From Escherichia coli (lineage in GTDB: Bacteria; Pseudomonadota; Gammaproteobacteria; Enterobacterales; Enterobacteriaceae), in NCBI RefSeq assembly GCF_022846255.1, contig NZ_AP025682.1: DNA of 64,000 nucleotides. One strand, given 5' to 3'. A program made the translations under genes and the position numbers. The first letter of the stretch is position 1; each line of letters opens with the position of its first letter. Below the pieces are notes generated by a model. That model saw nothing but the letters and a program-made list of their open reading frames with translations. It was not told the origin of the DNA and did not search any database. Positions 54,415 through 63,762 of the stretch are shown piece by piece.

Positions 54415-54602
54415 CGTCCACCTCCTTACGCTTTTCGCGCATGTTCTGCATCAGACAAAAATCAAACCGACGTTCGCTTTGGCCCAGACCTGCATCGCCC
54501 GGTCGTACCCGCTGGACTGTTCAAGGCGCAAAGCCTCCCGCGCAGTCCGGTAATAAAGCGGACTGTCCCGGTATTTAAATGACATAGGGTTTTTATTCCC
54601 AA

Positions 54603-54625
54603 ATAAAAAACCCCGCAATGCAGGG
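54603..54625 (-). terminator. Rho-independent terminator after the TIR-like gene
   Basis: Minus-strand RNA cccugc auu gcgggg (one G-U pair) followed by UUUUUU. Confidence 0.6.
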
Positions 54626-54649
54626 TTGTAATCAACAATAAGGGGGTAA

Positions 54650-55411
54650 TTACGAGGAAGCGTTAGCTATTTGAGCTTGTGTAAATTCGAAACCAGAATT
54701 TTGTAACCGTTGCACTAGACGAGGAACTGTTTCACGTACATGGTCGTTGAAATTCAGATACAAAATCCCGTTAGCATCAGAAGGCTGTTCTAGGTGCTGT
54801 TTCTGAAGGATTGCTACATTGCTGCGCCCTAAGGACGAAAGAAGCATACCCATCTCGAGTACAACGTTCTGTCTTGCGCGGGGTTGGATTTCTGCTTCAC
54901 CGGCGCGCTTTGAGTATCCCATATCATCAGGTGTCAAAAGAACAATCCCGAAACGGGTAGCAGTTTGTCCTTGCCCAATTTCACGTTCAAGCTCTTCAAT
55001 AATGGTGAGTCCAGTCCCTCCCGTATTCTGCAAAATGAAATGGTCTGGTAATCCAAGTTTATGAAGGATTAGCTCAAGTTGTTCCTTTGCAGTATGGTCA
55101 TGGCCGTGAACAATGAATATCTTTTTGGGAAGCTCAGATGGCTGTTCTACGGCTAGTGGTGTTGCCGTGGGGGGCGTTCCTAAATGGGACATTATTGCAG
55201 TTTCAACATTGGGACGTTCTTGAGGGTTACCTTGAAACTGAATGGTCCGGGTGGTGTAAAGGTTAACAATTACGCCATTCGTTAAACGATAGCAGTCATA
55301 AGTCTCACGCTGTTCGTGGGAAAAATTGGTGAACCCACACTCCCTCAAAAAGTCAGGAAAAGATTCTCTCGGGTATGGATAGGTGATCGGCATTTCAGTT
55401 AGTTCCTGCAT
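54650..55411 (-). CDS. TIR-like nucleotide-binding domain protein (253 aa), Cap12-like TIR-like family with an unknown about 80-aa N-terminal domain
   Basis: KIFIVHGHDHTAKEQLELILHKLGL ... FGIVLLTPDDMGY ... RARQNVVLEMGMLLSSLGRSNVAIL, matching my recollection of the 'predicted nucleotide-binding protein containing TIR-like domain' family (PF10137); AAGGA RBS; own terminator. Confidence 0.65.
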   Translation of the reverse strand: MQELTEMPITYPYPRESFPDFLRECGFTNFSHEQRETYDCYRLTNGVIVNLYTTRTIQFQGNPQERPNVETAIMSHLGTPPTATPLAVEQPSELPKKIFIVHGHDHTAKEQLELILHKLGLPDHFILQNTGGTGLTIIEELEREIGQGQTATRFGIVLLTPDDMGYSKRAGEAEIQPRARQNVVLEMGMLLSSLGRSNVAILQKQHLEQPSDANGILYLNFNDHVRETVPRLVQRLQNSGFEFTQAQIANASS

Positions 55412-55475
55412 AAGTATTGTTCCTTTAATTTACTCGAATTCAGCATGTCGCCATAGCTCGATAAGGTGAGTTATA

Positions 55476-57551
55476 TCAATCTTTTTTGTAGTGGTACGCC
55501 TCAAAGCCGCCAGCGTTCAGCGGAATATCGGGTGCCCATTCGGGGTTAGTGGAGAGAAGCGCGGAAAGCGCTTTATCGTTGAAATCTTCTGTGTCTGGTG
55601 CTTCGGTGATCACCTCGTCGTGTACCGTTAGCACAATGCTGTAACCGGCACCCTCGATCAGCGGCATGTTTCTGGCCAGAACGTCGCGGGCGGCCGCCTG
55701 GGTGACGTTCTCCACCAGCTTTCCGCCGTAGGTTTTGAGTCGTTGCCATTTACGCGAATAAGAGTTAACACCCATGTAGGTGATATTCCCTTGTTCGATA
55801 ACCGGAGACGGGTAGCATACAGCGCGTCCGGATGGTAGCTGTATGCGCAGCCACGCGCCATCACGTCGGATTTTAAGATAGCCGCAATACAATGTTTTTT
55901 GCGGTGTGGCGATTGCTGTGCGGACAGTGCGCTCCAGCTCGTACCAGAAATCGCAGGTCGCCGGGTGCGCCCTGCGCCACAGGCGCTTGAGCGAGTCACA
56001 TGCGATGAATACACGCTCGGACAGGCCAAAGGTCGACTTACGCTTAACCGATTCGTCGTACCAGCTTTTTGCCTCGCGGATAACATCGCGGGGAATGTTT
56101 GGCAGTGCGGCGTTCGCCAGCTCGTCGAGATCGAGACCGTAAACCAGAGCAAAAGTGATGAAAGCCGATACACCACCTCCATAACCCAGACCGAGTTCCA
56201 TGACTTTACCGATCTGACGCATGTGTTTATCAACATCATCTGGTGCAATATCGAAAGCTTTTGCATACGCCAGTTTATATAAGTCCGGACCCGTTCCAGC
56301 GTCATACTCTCTGAATGCATTCAGTTTCCATTCTTCTCCCGCCAGCCATGCCAGCATACGGCCTTCAATGTTTGACAAGTCACTTACCACTAGTTTTTTG
56401 CCTGTTGGCGCGATAATGCAGCCACGTAACGCTGAACTGGTTAGTTCCATGATATTGTCAAACAGCAGGTCTGCACATCCGGCTTTCAGTGCTTCGATGC
56501 CTTCGTCTATTTGTTCCTGTTTTAGTGAAGGGCGGGGAAGGTTCTGGGGCTGGAATAGCCGTCCGGCCCAACGACCGGTACGTGACGCCCCGCAGAACTG
56601 TAGCGTACCGCGTAAGCGCCCGTCGTGGCTTACGCCTTTCATCAGTGCCTTGTATTTACTGGTGCTGGTAGTACTGGCTTGCAGGCGGATAGCCAGCAGT
56701 TCTTTCACGGCAGATGATAAATCGGGGTCGGCCATACGACGTTCCAGGGTACTGCGTTGCATGTCTGGTAGCTCCACACCGTAGGATTCAACGATGTGCT
56801 TAATCAACGCGTCCCGTTGTGTGGCTGCCTGCACTTCGCCATCAGTCATTTCCTGTGTACGCTTTGCTAGGCGCTTTTGCTCCTGGTCTACCGCTTCGAT
56901 CGCAGCGCGCGCGAGTTGCATGTCCATGCAGACGCCCCGGTCGTTGATCTGCTGATCACGATGCCAGAGCGCCAGCTCTGTCCCCTGATAATTCCACTTC
57001 GGCAGACGTTTATAGACTTCGCGCATTGCCTCGATATCCAGTCCGGCGTAAGCAACAAAGCGCCGCCATTCTTCCGGGTGGGTTTTGCTGGTGGCACGGC
57101 GCAGTTTGCTGTTTTTCGGGCGGGGCTTACAGAACAGCTGGATCAGCGCTTTACCTTCTTTGTCCTTCGCTTTGTCTTGCGGGACGCCGAGTATTTCGCA
57201 GAGTTCCCCCAGAGACCCCGGGAGACCGTGCGCCAGCGCCTGCACCATTGTGTCTCGCCAGCGTTTGGCGCTACCTGCAACAACGCATTGGGGAGTGTGC
57301 AGCAATGCATGGCGCAACATGGTGCGATCGAAATGGCTGTTGTGTGCATATATTAGTACGCTCTCATCGCTGAGAGCTGTCAGTAGTCGTGTCGGCAAGT
57401 TATAGTCTGTGGTTAAATCGTGTACGCTGACGGGGTCTTCGTCGATTGCCCATGCGAATAACATGATTTCGACTCCTTCTGCATAGACATGGGTGCCGTT
57501 TTTTATTGGGATTTCGCTGAAAGTTTCGAGGTCTAACCAAAGTTTTTGCAT
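55476..57551 (-). CDS. Phage family-A DNA polymerase with N-terminal 3-5 exonuclease (start at ATG 57551; track ORF extends to a TTG at 57593)
   Basis: Exo I motif LDLETFSE near the N-terminus, Exo-like [12 protein letters not shown], polymerase motif [14 protein letters not shown]-type motif YGGK. Confidence 0.85.
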   Translation of the reverse strand: MQKLWLDLETFSEIPIKNGTHVYAEGVEIMLFAWAIDEDPVSVHDLTTDYNLPTRLLTALSDESVLIYAHNSHFDRTMLRHALLHTPQCVVAGSAKRWRDTMVQALAHGLPGSLGELCEILGVPQDKAKDKEGKALIQLFCKPRPKNSKLRRATSKTHPEEWRRFVAYAGLDIEAMREVYKRLPKWNYQGTELALWHRDQQINDRGVCMDMQLARAAIEAVDQEQKRLAKRTQEMTDGEVQAATQRDALIKHIVESYGVELPDMQRSTLERRMADPDLSSAVKELLAIRLQASTTSTSKYKALMKGVSHDGRLRGTLQFCGASRTGRWAGRLFQPQNLPRPSLKQEQIDEGIEALKAGCADLLFDNIMELTSSALRGCIIAPTGKKLVVSDLSNIEGRMLAWLAGEEWKLNAFREYDAGTGPDLYKLAYAKAFDIAPDDVDKHMRQIGKVMELGLGYGGGVSAFITFALVYGLDLDELANAALPNIPRDVIREAKSWYDESVKRKSTFGLSERVFIACDSLKRLWRRAHPATCDFWYELERTVRTAIATPQKTLYCGYLKIRRDGAWLRIQLPSGRAVCYPSPVIEQGNITYMGVNSYSRKWQRLKTYGGKLVENVTQAAARDVLARNMPLIEGAGYSIVLTVHDEVITEAPDTEDFNDKALSALLSTNPEWAPDIPLNAGGFEAYHYKKD

Positions 57552-57580
57552 CAAGTAAGGACCCGTTGGATTTAATAAAT

Positions 57581-57607
57581 AAAAAGCCGCCAAAATGGCG
57601 GCTTTTT
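57581..57607 (-). terminator. Rho-independent terminator after the SIR2-like gene
   Basis: Minus-strand aaaagccgcc atttt ggcggctttt followed by a U-rich tract. Confidence 0.65.
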
Positions 57608-57627
57608 ATAACCGAAGTTAAGAATGC

Positions 57628-59130
57628 TTAATATGATAAATAATCATACAAGCATAAAAGTCGCCTGTATTGGGTATCAATTTTATGCCCTGGTTTTGTT
57701 AAATAATCTCGTAGTTGTTTCAATGAAATAGTATCGTTTAGTACGCAATACATAATCGTGTTAGCAACTTTATACTCTTTCGTTTCTTTTAGTATTTCAT
57801 CAATAGACACAGCCTCACTCTTACATGTTTTAATTCGAGAAAGGTTACCAATGATTTTATCTAGCTGCCGTTTTCTGTATGTCTCGGTATTTTCTAGTTC
57901 AGGGCAGATAGAACTAAAAGCGTATATTGGAAAGTGTTCGCTATTAGCTATGGTTTGCTTATTCAGTAATGCGATAAGCTGAGAGTTTGCTTCGTCAACT
58001 ATTTTAAAATAGTTCTGTATCATTTCAGATTTTGTTTGATAAACATATTGTACGGTTCTTTCTGAACCAACAGCAATGACCATTTCATCATTGCGAAGTT
58101 CATCTAAATTTTCTGTAATTTTAACCTTTATCTCACCACCACTTTTGATGGTACTCCAAACTTTTTGAACCTTTCTTATGTCCATTGCGGATACTGGCAA
58201 AACTAGTCCCGAGATGGCATCATATACAGCTTTGTAATTGTTTGTTTTTATTTTGTTTATTCTTATGATAGACATGCCTTCTATATCTATGTCATGCTCC
58301 GTAATTTCAGTTGACATGCTGTCTTTTTCGTATTCAACCAAAAGAAAATTATCTTTTATCCTTTTTGCAAGTTCGGTATTTAAGTCAACGTATGAGAATA
58401 TGGTTTTTAATAAGTACTTAATGTTTTTATCGCTAATACTATACCCTATAAATATGATAGGGTTGTGTATGAATATTGAGAGTAATTGAGCGCGAATTAA
58501 CTCATATTTATTGTCGAAGTTTGCGTAGTCTTCACCTGTGATAATTATGTTGTTAGGATCACTAACACAGCCATGTATTTTGTAAACTGAACCGTATGGG
58601 TTACTTAAAAGAATGTTATTACCAATCAGTGGGTTAAATTCGAAGATGTTCTCTACGAGTTGGTCGTAGTTTGTTGTAATGATGGAGCCTATGTTTTTTC
58701 TTGTTTTTATTAAGCTGTTTATTTCCTCCATCATTGACTCTTTTATCTTTAGGTCTTTAAGTATTGAAGTTAAATAAATTTTGAATCGACTTAGTTTTTT
58801 TCCTTTTTTCATGTGCTCATAGAAAACATCATTGATGTCTTTGAACTTACCGTTACGATCTTCTGCCAGCTTTTTATTAAAAATATCTTCAAGTTTTGTA
58901 GCTAAGATATCATATCGATAGTCGTCACCTTCTAGGCTTTCAGCTTTCAAATCGTAGTAAAACTCAGCATTACCGGTTAGTTCCATTGCGACACTCAAAA
59001 GAAGACCATCCCAGCTAAATGAGTTTTCTAGATACCGTAGGCTAAATCCTGTTCCAATGAATAGAACAGGGTGGTTTTTATAGTGACTTACAAACTCTTG
59101 GATTTCCATACCGATTCTCAAAGTTGACAC
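57628..59130 (-). CDS. SIR2-like (sirtuin-fold, SIR2_2-type) protein, 500 aa, with an about 250-aa C-terminal domain of unknown type
   Basis: Motifs PVLFIGTGFS, SIITTNYD, YKIHGC and IIFIGYSISD, in the order seen in defence-associated SIR2 domains; GTG start at 59130 with AGAGG RBS (first ATG at 59109); roughly 30% GC by hand count versus about 50% in flanking polymerase; own terminator. Confidence 0.75.
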   Translation of the reverse strand: MSTLRIGMEIQEFVSHYKNHPVLFIGTGFSLRYLENSFSWDGLLLSVAMELTGNAEFYYDLKAESLEGDDYRYDILATKLEDIFNKKLAEDRNGKFKDINDVFYEHMKKGKKLSRFKIYLTSILKDLKIKESMMEEINSLIKTRKNIGSIITTNYDQLVENIFEFNPLIGNNILLSNPYGSVYKIHGCVSDPNNIIITGEDYANFDNKYELIRAQLLSIFIHNPIIFIGYSISDKNIKYLLKTIFSYVDLNTELAKRIKDNFLLVEYEKDSMSTEITEHDIDIEGMSIIRINKIKTNNYKAVYDAISGLVLPVSAMDIRKVQKVWSTIKSGGEIKVKITENLDELRNDEMVIAVGSERTVQYVYQTKSEMIQNYFKIVDEANSQLIALLNKQTIANSEHFPIYAFSSICPELENTETYRKRQLDKIIGNLSRIKTCKSEAVSIDEILKETKEYKVANTIMYCVLNDTISLKQLRDYLTKPGHKIDTQYRRLLCLYDYLSY

Positions 59131-59220
59131 GTAATACCTCTATAAAAACAAATAGCCGTAAAAATTCCAATAGCTTTTTGGATCTCGCCCGGTGTGTAAC
59201 CGGGCGTCTATGAAGAAGGG

Positions 59221-59769
59221 TTAAATCAGTGCTTCAGCATCAGCACCTTCGCTGATATCGTCGAAATCGTCAGCGCTTGCCACTCCGCCGCCAGCGAATG
59301 CATCGCCGTCTCGCAGGAACTGGACTCCGCCGAGTGAGGCATTAATGCGTTTACCGAAATTATTGTCCTGTGCCCAGATATCGATAACGGCGTTTACATA
59401 GCACCCTGCATAGGGACGTCCATCAGCCTGAATTAGTGGCGAACGATCGCGATCAAGAACAGCTGGGCGCGCTTTGTTAGCAGCGTTCAGGAAGAAATTG
59501 CCGGGAAAACCTTCATACTCTGCTTTTTCATCACCATCATGCAGGCACAGATTGAGTTTTTTCTCCAGCTGGTTATAAATGGACTCCCACTTCTCCCCCC
59601 ATTTTTCCTTCGCTACCTGCTTCATAGCTTTACGGATTTCTTCCAGTTGTGGGTGTTTGGGAGACATTAAAAATACTGCGGAGAAACGCGGATCGCCTTC
59701 GCCGTTTACAGTTTTAGCTTCAAACAGAGACGGGAAGGCCAGACGAACATTGTTCAACTTCAGTTTCAT
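59221..59769 (-). CDS. Phage ssDNA-binding protein (DUF2815-like, 182 aa)
   Basis: MKLKLNNVRLAFPSLFEAK N-terminus and acidic C-terminal tail (DDFDDISEGADAEALI), typical of phage SSBs. Confidence 0.7.
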   Translation of the reverse strand: MKLKLNNVRLAFPSLFEAKTVNGEGDPRFSAVFLMSPKHPQLEEIRKAMKQVAKEKWGEKWESIYNQLEKKLNLCLHDGDEKAEYEGFPGNFFLNAANKARPAVLDRDRSPLIQADGRPYAGCYVNAVIDIWAQDNNFGKRINASLGGVQFLRDGDAFAGGGVASADDFDDISEGADAEALI

Positions 59770-59784
59770 GGGTATTTCCTTAAA

Positions 59785-61086
59785 TCAGATGAGGTCTGCG
59801 GTTAGCGTATCGTCGGATACGTCGTCGAAATCATTTACAGGGTTGATATTGAGTGCGGGGCGTGGGTCTGACTCGGGAACGACGGTGGGTTTACCATCAG
59901 CTCGTGTTATCAGTGCCTCGACTTTTGACCAACGGCGCGGACTGGCCTTTTTGATAAGTTTTTCGGCTTTTGTGGGACTAATAAGTTTAAAGTCGAATAC
60001 TTCTTCAGTTTTGTACCTGAACTGGTCCTTCAGAAGTGCGCGAGCTGCCTCTTCATCACTCCAGGCCCGGTTACCTTGTTTTCCTGTTACCAGTTTAAAC
60101 CCCGGTACCGAATGTCCGGCATTGAGTTCATTGTGAACCCGGTCCCGTACTTCCTTTAGCCAGGATTCAATAAAGTCGGCCTGGCTATAGATCTCCGCAA
60201 GCTGCTCAATGGTTAACAGAGGTACACGTGCGCTGGCATTGGTGATTATTTCGCTGACAGGCTTTGTCAGATCTTCAAAGTCGCTGGCCGCTGTTTGTAA
60301 ATGCTGCATTTTCTGGGCAGTGCAAATAGCTTTTGCTTTACAGAAGCGGCACTGTTTTTCTCCAGGTATGAATTTTTCCAGCGGTAGTGTCTCAATGCCT
60401 TCGCATTCAGCAATATTGAGAACAAGCATCGCACTGGTTGCGGCCTCCTGTGCCCGTTCACCGAAAGACTGAAGTTCCTGCACGGTTAACGACCATTCTG
60501 AAACGTGGTTGAGCCTTGGCTGGTGAATAAATAATCTTACAGTCTCAAAGTCATACAGCATGCTGAATTGTTCGAGCGCACCCAGAGCATACAGTTGTAG
60601 TTGCTCATTTTGTTCTGCATCAATGCGGACGCCTTTGCCATATTTCAGGTCGTGGATTTGTAATTCGTTACCAGCGATGATTATGCCGTCGGCAGTTCCG
60701 AAAGATTCTTCCACACCCGTTATATGTGAGAAATCAACACGTTGTTCAACCAATAGTTCATTATTCTTTGCAAGAGTCCAGACCGTATCAACATACCGGC
60801 CGACGGCTTCGACCATTTCATCATCCACCTGTGGGCCAGATGTATCATCAGGATTTTCGCGAAGGGGGTATGAGCCGAGAAACATAGAAACATTGCATCC
60901 GGCGTAGTGTTCCGGGTGGCTTTGCCTGTTTCGTAGAACTTTTTCAGCAAGCGCGTGCGCTGCAGTGCCCTCGATTGCAAAAGTTGTTTCTTTATCCGGT
61001 TGTGTGGCCTCCAGCGCCAGACTTCCTGGGCAGCGCATCCATCGATGCGCTGATGATGGAGAAAGTTGTGCATGAACGTCTGGCAT
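59785..61086 (-). CDS. Phage PD-(D/E)xK nuclease (DUF2800-like, 433 aa)
   Basis: N-terminal [15 protein letters not shown] motif and C-terminal Cys cluster ([10 protein letters not shown]); acidic tail. Confidence 0.7.
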   Translation of the reverse strand: MPDVHAQLSPSSAHRWMRCPGSLALEATQPDKETTFAIEGTAAHALAEKVLRNRQSHPEHYAGCNVSMFLGSYPLRENPDDTSGPQVDDEMVEAVGRYVDTVWTLAKNNELLVEQRVDFSHITGVEESFGTADGIIIAGNELQIHDLKYGKGVRIDAEQNEQLQLYALGALEQFSMLYDFETVRLFIHQPRLNHVSEWSLTVQELQSFGERAQEAATSAMLVLNIAECEGIETLPLEKFIPGEKQCRFCKAKAICTAQKMQHLQTAASDFEDLTKPVSEIITNASARVPLLTIEQLAEIYSQADFIESWLKEVRDRVHNELNAGHSVPGFKLVTGKQGNRAWSDEEAARALLKDQFRYKTEEVFDFKLISPTKAEKLIKKASPRRWSKVEALITRADGKPTVVPESDPRPALNINPVNDFDDVSDDTLTADLI

Positions 61087-61088
61087 GA

Positions 61089-61991
61089 TTAACCCTCCAG
61101 TGCTTTTTCAGCCAGGGTGATTACTTCAGCGAGATTTTCATCCGTTACTTCACCAAGTTTCCTGGCTCCCTGTTTTTCCAGAATTGCAATAGCTTCTGCC
61201 CGGTAACCCCCTTTTGCTAACTGGAGGATCAACCCTTCAGCTTGTTTGCGTAGTGCCGCGAAATCAATTGTATGGTCATCTTTGGCGTCATTATTCTGGC
61301 TGGAATTTGCTGCGTCTCTGCGTGCAAATTCTTCCTGCAGCTGAAGGTACTCAACACGGTTGATCTCGATATGGCCTTTTTTCAGCATCTCGTTCAACTT
61401 GCGTAAGGTGTGGAGTTCACTGGCTGCTGTGCCGGATACATTTTTGACGTAAAACGGCCCCGTGCGTTCTCCATCTTTGTTACTGGCCTTTTTCGGCTTA
61501 ACTTCATCACGCCCATCCGCAGGTGCATCAAGTAGCTGCTCGGCAAAAGCACGTCGCTCGCCGATGGTTGGCAGGTCGTCCCAGAACTTAAGGATGTTAC
61601 GGGACAGGTCCAGGAGAGCAGGTTTAAGCAGCGCCCTGGCTCGTTTGACGCCCTGCAATGCGCTGTCGAGAGCATCAATCTGAACTACTCGTTTATCGCC
61701 TTCAGCATCACGGTAGGCAACAGCACGTTGCAGCATGTCTTCTGTGATAGGGGTGGCTACCGGGTAGAAACCCGCCAGTGCGATAACGTCGCTGAACTCC
61801 AGATCATCCAGTGTCATTGCCGCTGACATATTTTCAGTTTCAGTTGCTGTATCCCGACATTCCTGCACTCGTGAAATCGTGTCAGGATGCATAACAATGC
61901 CTGATGCCATTGTGCGGATAAGACGTTCAAGCAGCGCATTATGTTGTGCCAGAAGTTGATTATTAAGTTCTAGACTGGTTTCTAAACTCAT
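61089..61991 (-). CDS. Hypothetical phage protein (300 aa)
   Basis: ORF in operon upstream of the DUF2800 gene; no motif recognised. Confidence 0.5.
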   Translation of the reverse strand: MSLETSLELNNQLLAQHNALLERLIRTMASGIVMHPDTISRVQECRDTATETENMSAAMTLDDLEFSDVIALAGFYPVATPITEDMLQRAVAYRDAEGDKRVVQIDALDSALQGVKRARALLKPALLDLSRNILKFWDDLPTIGERRAFAEQLLDAPADGRDEVKPKKASNKDGERTGPFYVKNVSGTAASELHTLRKLNEMLKKGHIEINRVEYLQLQEEFARRDAANSSQNNDAKDDHTIDFAALRKQAEGLILQLAKGGYRAEAIAILEKQGARKLGEVTDENLAEVITLAEKALEG

Positions 61992-62170
61992 ACTGTGGTC
62001 CTCGCTACAAGGAGAATGAAAGTGATGATCAGACCGAGCGCAGTGGCAACGGCCAGACCGGTCATCAAATCGAAGTTTTTACGGCGATAACGGAGAACAT
62101 CGCGCCCCGTCAGTCGATGGATGTGTTCAGGTTTCATCGGTTGTATTCCTTTTTTCATATCGGGGAGCAC
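61988..62170 (-). CDS. Small hypothetical membrane protein (60 aa)
   Basis: One predicted TM helix (LAVATALGLIITFILLV); stop overlaps the next gene. Confidence 0.4.
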   Translation of the reverse strand: MLPDMKKGIQPMKPEHIHRLTGRDVLRYRRKNFDLMTGLAVATALGLIITFILLVARTTV

Positions 62171-62253
62171 GCTGTTGCGAGTGCGCTTTCAGACATAAAA
62201 AAGCCCGTCACTTGAGGCGGGCAAAGACTACACACAGCAATTACATGGATGAT

Positions 62254-62448
62254 TCAGTTGGTATTGTGCGTACGTGGTACCACAAGGTTGAAGCGGACAC
62301 GCCAGTGCGTTGCAATGGTATGCAGGAAAGCACCACATCCAGGGCAGTGCTCATAACATTCGTTGATTTGGTATCGTTTTGGCTTTGGTGTCAGAAGCTG
62401 TGTTTGGCAAGCAGGGCATTCACCTTTGAGCGGTTTATACGTTTTCAC
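62254..62448 (-). CDS. Small Cys-rich phage protein (64 aa), possible zinc finger
   Basis: CPACQ ... CYEHCPGCG; first gene of the leftward operon. Confidence 0.45.
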   Translation of the reverse strand: MKTYKPLKGECPACQTQLLTPKPKRYQINECYEHCPGCGAFLHTIATHWRVRFNLVVPRTHNTN

Positions 62449-62717
62449 GCCGTTTCCTCATTCAGTTCACTTTGGTGGTTCGGCGGCTTCGACTTGTATC
62501 AGTAGACAGTGCTTCGCCGCACCCCAAAGGGAACTTACTGACCCGTATTGCCGACATCCTGTCCCGCCACGGTCCCGACGCATGGTTTAGAGTCGCGCCG
62601 TTCGACTTGTGGTTTAAATATCTGTGTATAGATATCTTAACTTTACGCGTATAGTTAAGACTTCTAAACTCACAAAGTCAAGTGTTGAGGTTAAGAAAAG
62701 TGAACTTTTTCGGATAG

Positions 62718-62746
62718 GTAAAGAAAAGCCCGCTTAGGAAGCGGGC
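62718..62746 (-). terminator. Terminator after the CI-like repressor gene
   Basis: Minus-strand gcccgcuu ccu aagcgggc followed by UUUUCUUU. Confidence 0.6.
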
Positions 62747-62770
62747 ATGTGGTATAGAGTGAATTTACGC

Positions 62771-63463
62771 TCAGAGCAGAACGGAGTACCAAAATACTTG
62801 GCCTATAATCCTGATTTTATTAGCCTCTTGATTAAAATACTCTTCGTCTGCGTATTCATCCCTATTGAAAGAGCGTATCCGGAGTCCGCTTGGGAGACGG
62901 TACAATAGTTTGACACGAAGTAATCCGTCTTGGTCTATGGCGTACATTTGACCATCTTTTACACCTGTTTTTGATGTATCTATGCCGACGACAGCGCCAT
63001 CCGGTAATACCGGTTCCATGCTGTTGCCGTGGATGCTGACACAAGCCGCACAATTTACGTCAACACCTGCTTTGCGCAACGTTGAACGGGCGAATCTTAA
63101 CTTACATCCCATTCGATCTATATCAACATAAGTACCATTACCGGCAGATAGCTCAATTTCCTGATAGAACGGTATTTCCACTTCATCATCCTCTAATGGC
63201 GTTGATGAGTCCCATACAGAAAACCCTCCCTCAACTTGTGCATTAGAATGTATTTCTTTGGTATCGCTTGTTTTGCCTGAAAGTAGCCACTCTGGAGAAA
63301 CGTTCAATGCTTCGGCCAGATTTATAAGATTTTTCCCGTTAGGTGTGGTGTTTCCGGATTCCCATTGTGAAATCGTGGCTTTAGTTAGACCAATACGTTT
63401 AGCAAGCGCATCCTGCGTTAGGTGGACATTGCGACGAGCCTCGCGAATACGATCATTAATCAT
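62771..63463 (-). CDS. CI-like repressor (HTH_XRE plus S24 LexA-like peptidase domain, 230 aa)
   Basis: N-terminal HTH LTQDALAKRIGLTKATISQWESG; C-terminal S24-like region with GNSMEP (Ser nucleophile) and a downstream Lys; GAGG RBS. Confidence 0.8.
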   Translation of the reverse strand: MINDRIREARRNVHLTQDALAKRIGLTKATISQWESGNTTPNGKNLINLAEALNVSPEWLLSGKTSDTKEIHSNAQVEGGFSVWDSSTPLEDDEVEIPFYQEIELSAGNGTYVDIDRMGCKLRFARSTLRKAGVDVNCAACVSIHGNSMEPVLPDGAVVGIDTSKTGVKDGQMYAIDQDGLLRVKLLYRLPSGLRIRSFNRDEYADEEYFNQEANKIRIIGQVFWYSVLL

Positions 63464-63576
63464 GGTTTTACCCTCATATAGTTTAGTTAGCTTAACTTAA
63501 TCAGGGTATCGCTTTCTTGACTTGTTGGTTTAGTTTTCTTAACCTCATATAACCATATATTTCCTGGGTAACGGTT
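63464..63576. promoter_or_regulatory. Divergent promoter/operator region of the CI-like / Cro-like switch
   Basis: 113-bp AT-rich intergenic region between divergent repressor genes, with near-palindromic elements such as agttagcttaact. Confidence 0.5.
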
Positions 63577-63762
63577 ATGAAAAAAGCAGAAGCAATTGAG
63601 CTTGCAGGAAGTAAAGCGAAACTAGCGAGACTATTGAAGGTTTCCAAAGGAGCCGTATCTCAATGGGGGGAGGAAATCCCAGAGTTAAGAGCTCTTCAAC
63701 TTGAAAAGATTTTGGAGCAAAAAAATGTAGTCAAACAAAAAGGCTTAACCCATGTCCGATAG
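63577..63762 (+). CDS. Cro/YdaS-like small HTH protein (61 aa)
   Basis: LAGSKAKLARLLKVSKGAVSQW HTH; divergent from the CI-like gene. Confidence 0.7.
   Translation: MKKAEAIELAGSKAKLARLLKVSKGAVSQWGEEIPELRALQLEKILEQKNVVKQKGLTHVR

Noticed and set aside
55658-57405. ORFs of 106-220 aa on both strands within the polymerase gene
   Set aside because: Overlap the well-supported family-A polymerase reading frame; no independent motifs.
53003-59130. Calling the SIR2-like plus TIR-like genes a bona fide Thoeris system
   Set aside because: The genes are not adjacent (separated by the polymerase gene, each with its own terminator), the TIR-like domain looks Cap12-type rather than ThsB-type, and I cannot recognise a SLOG or Macro domain in the SIR2 protein by eye. 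Kept as a hypothesis only.
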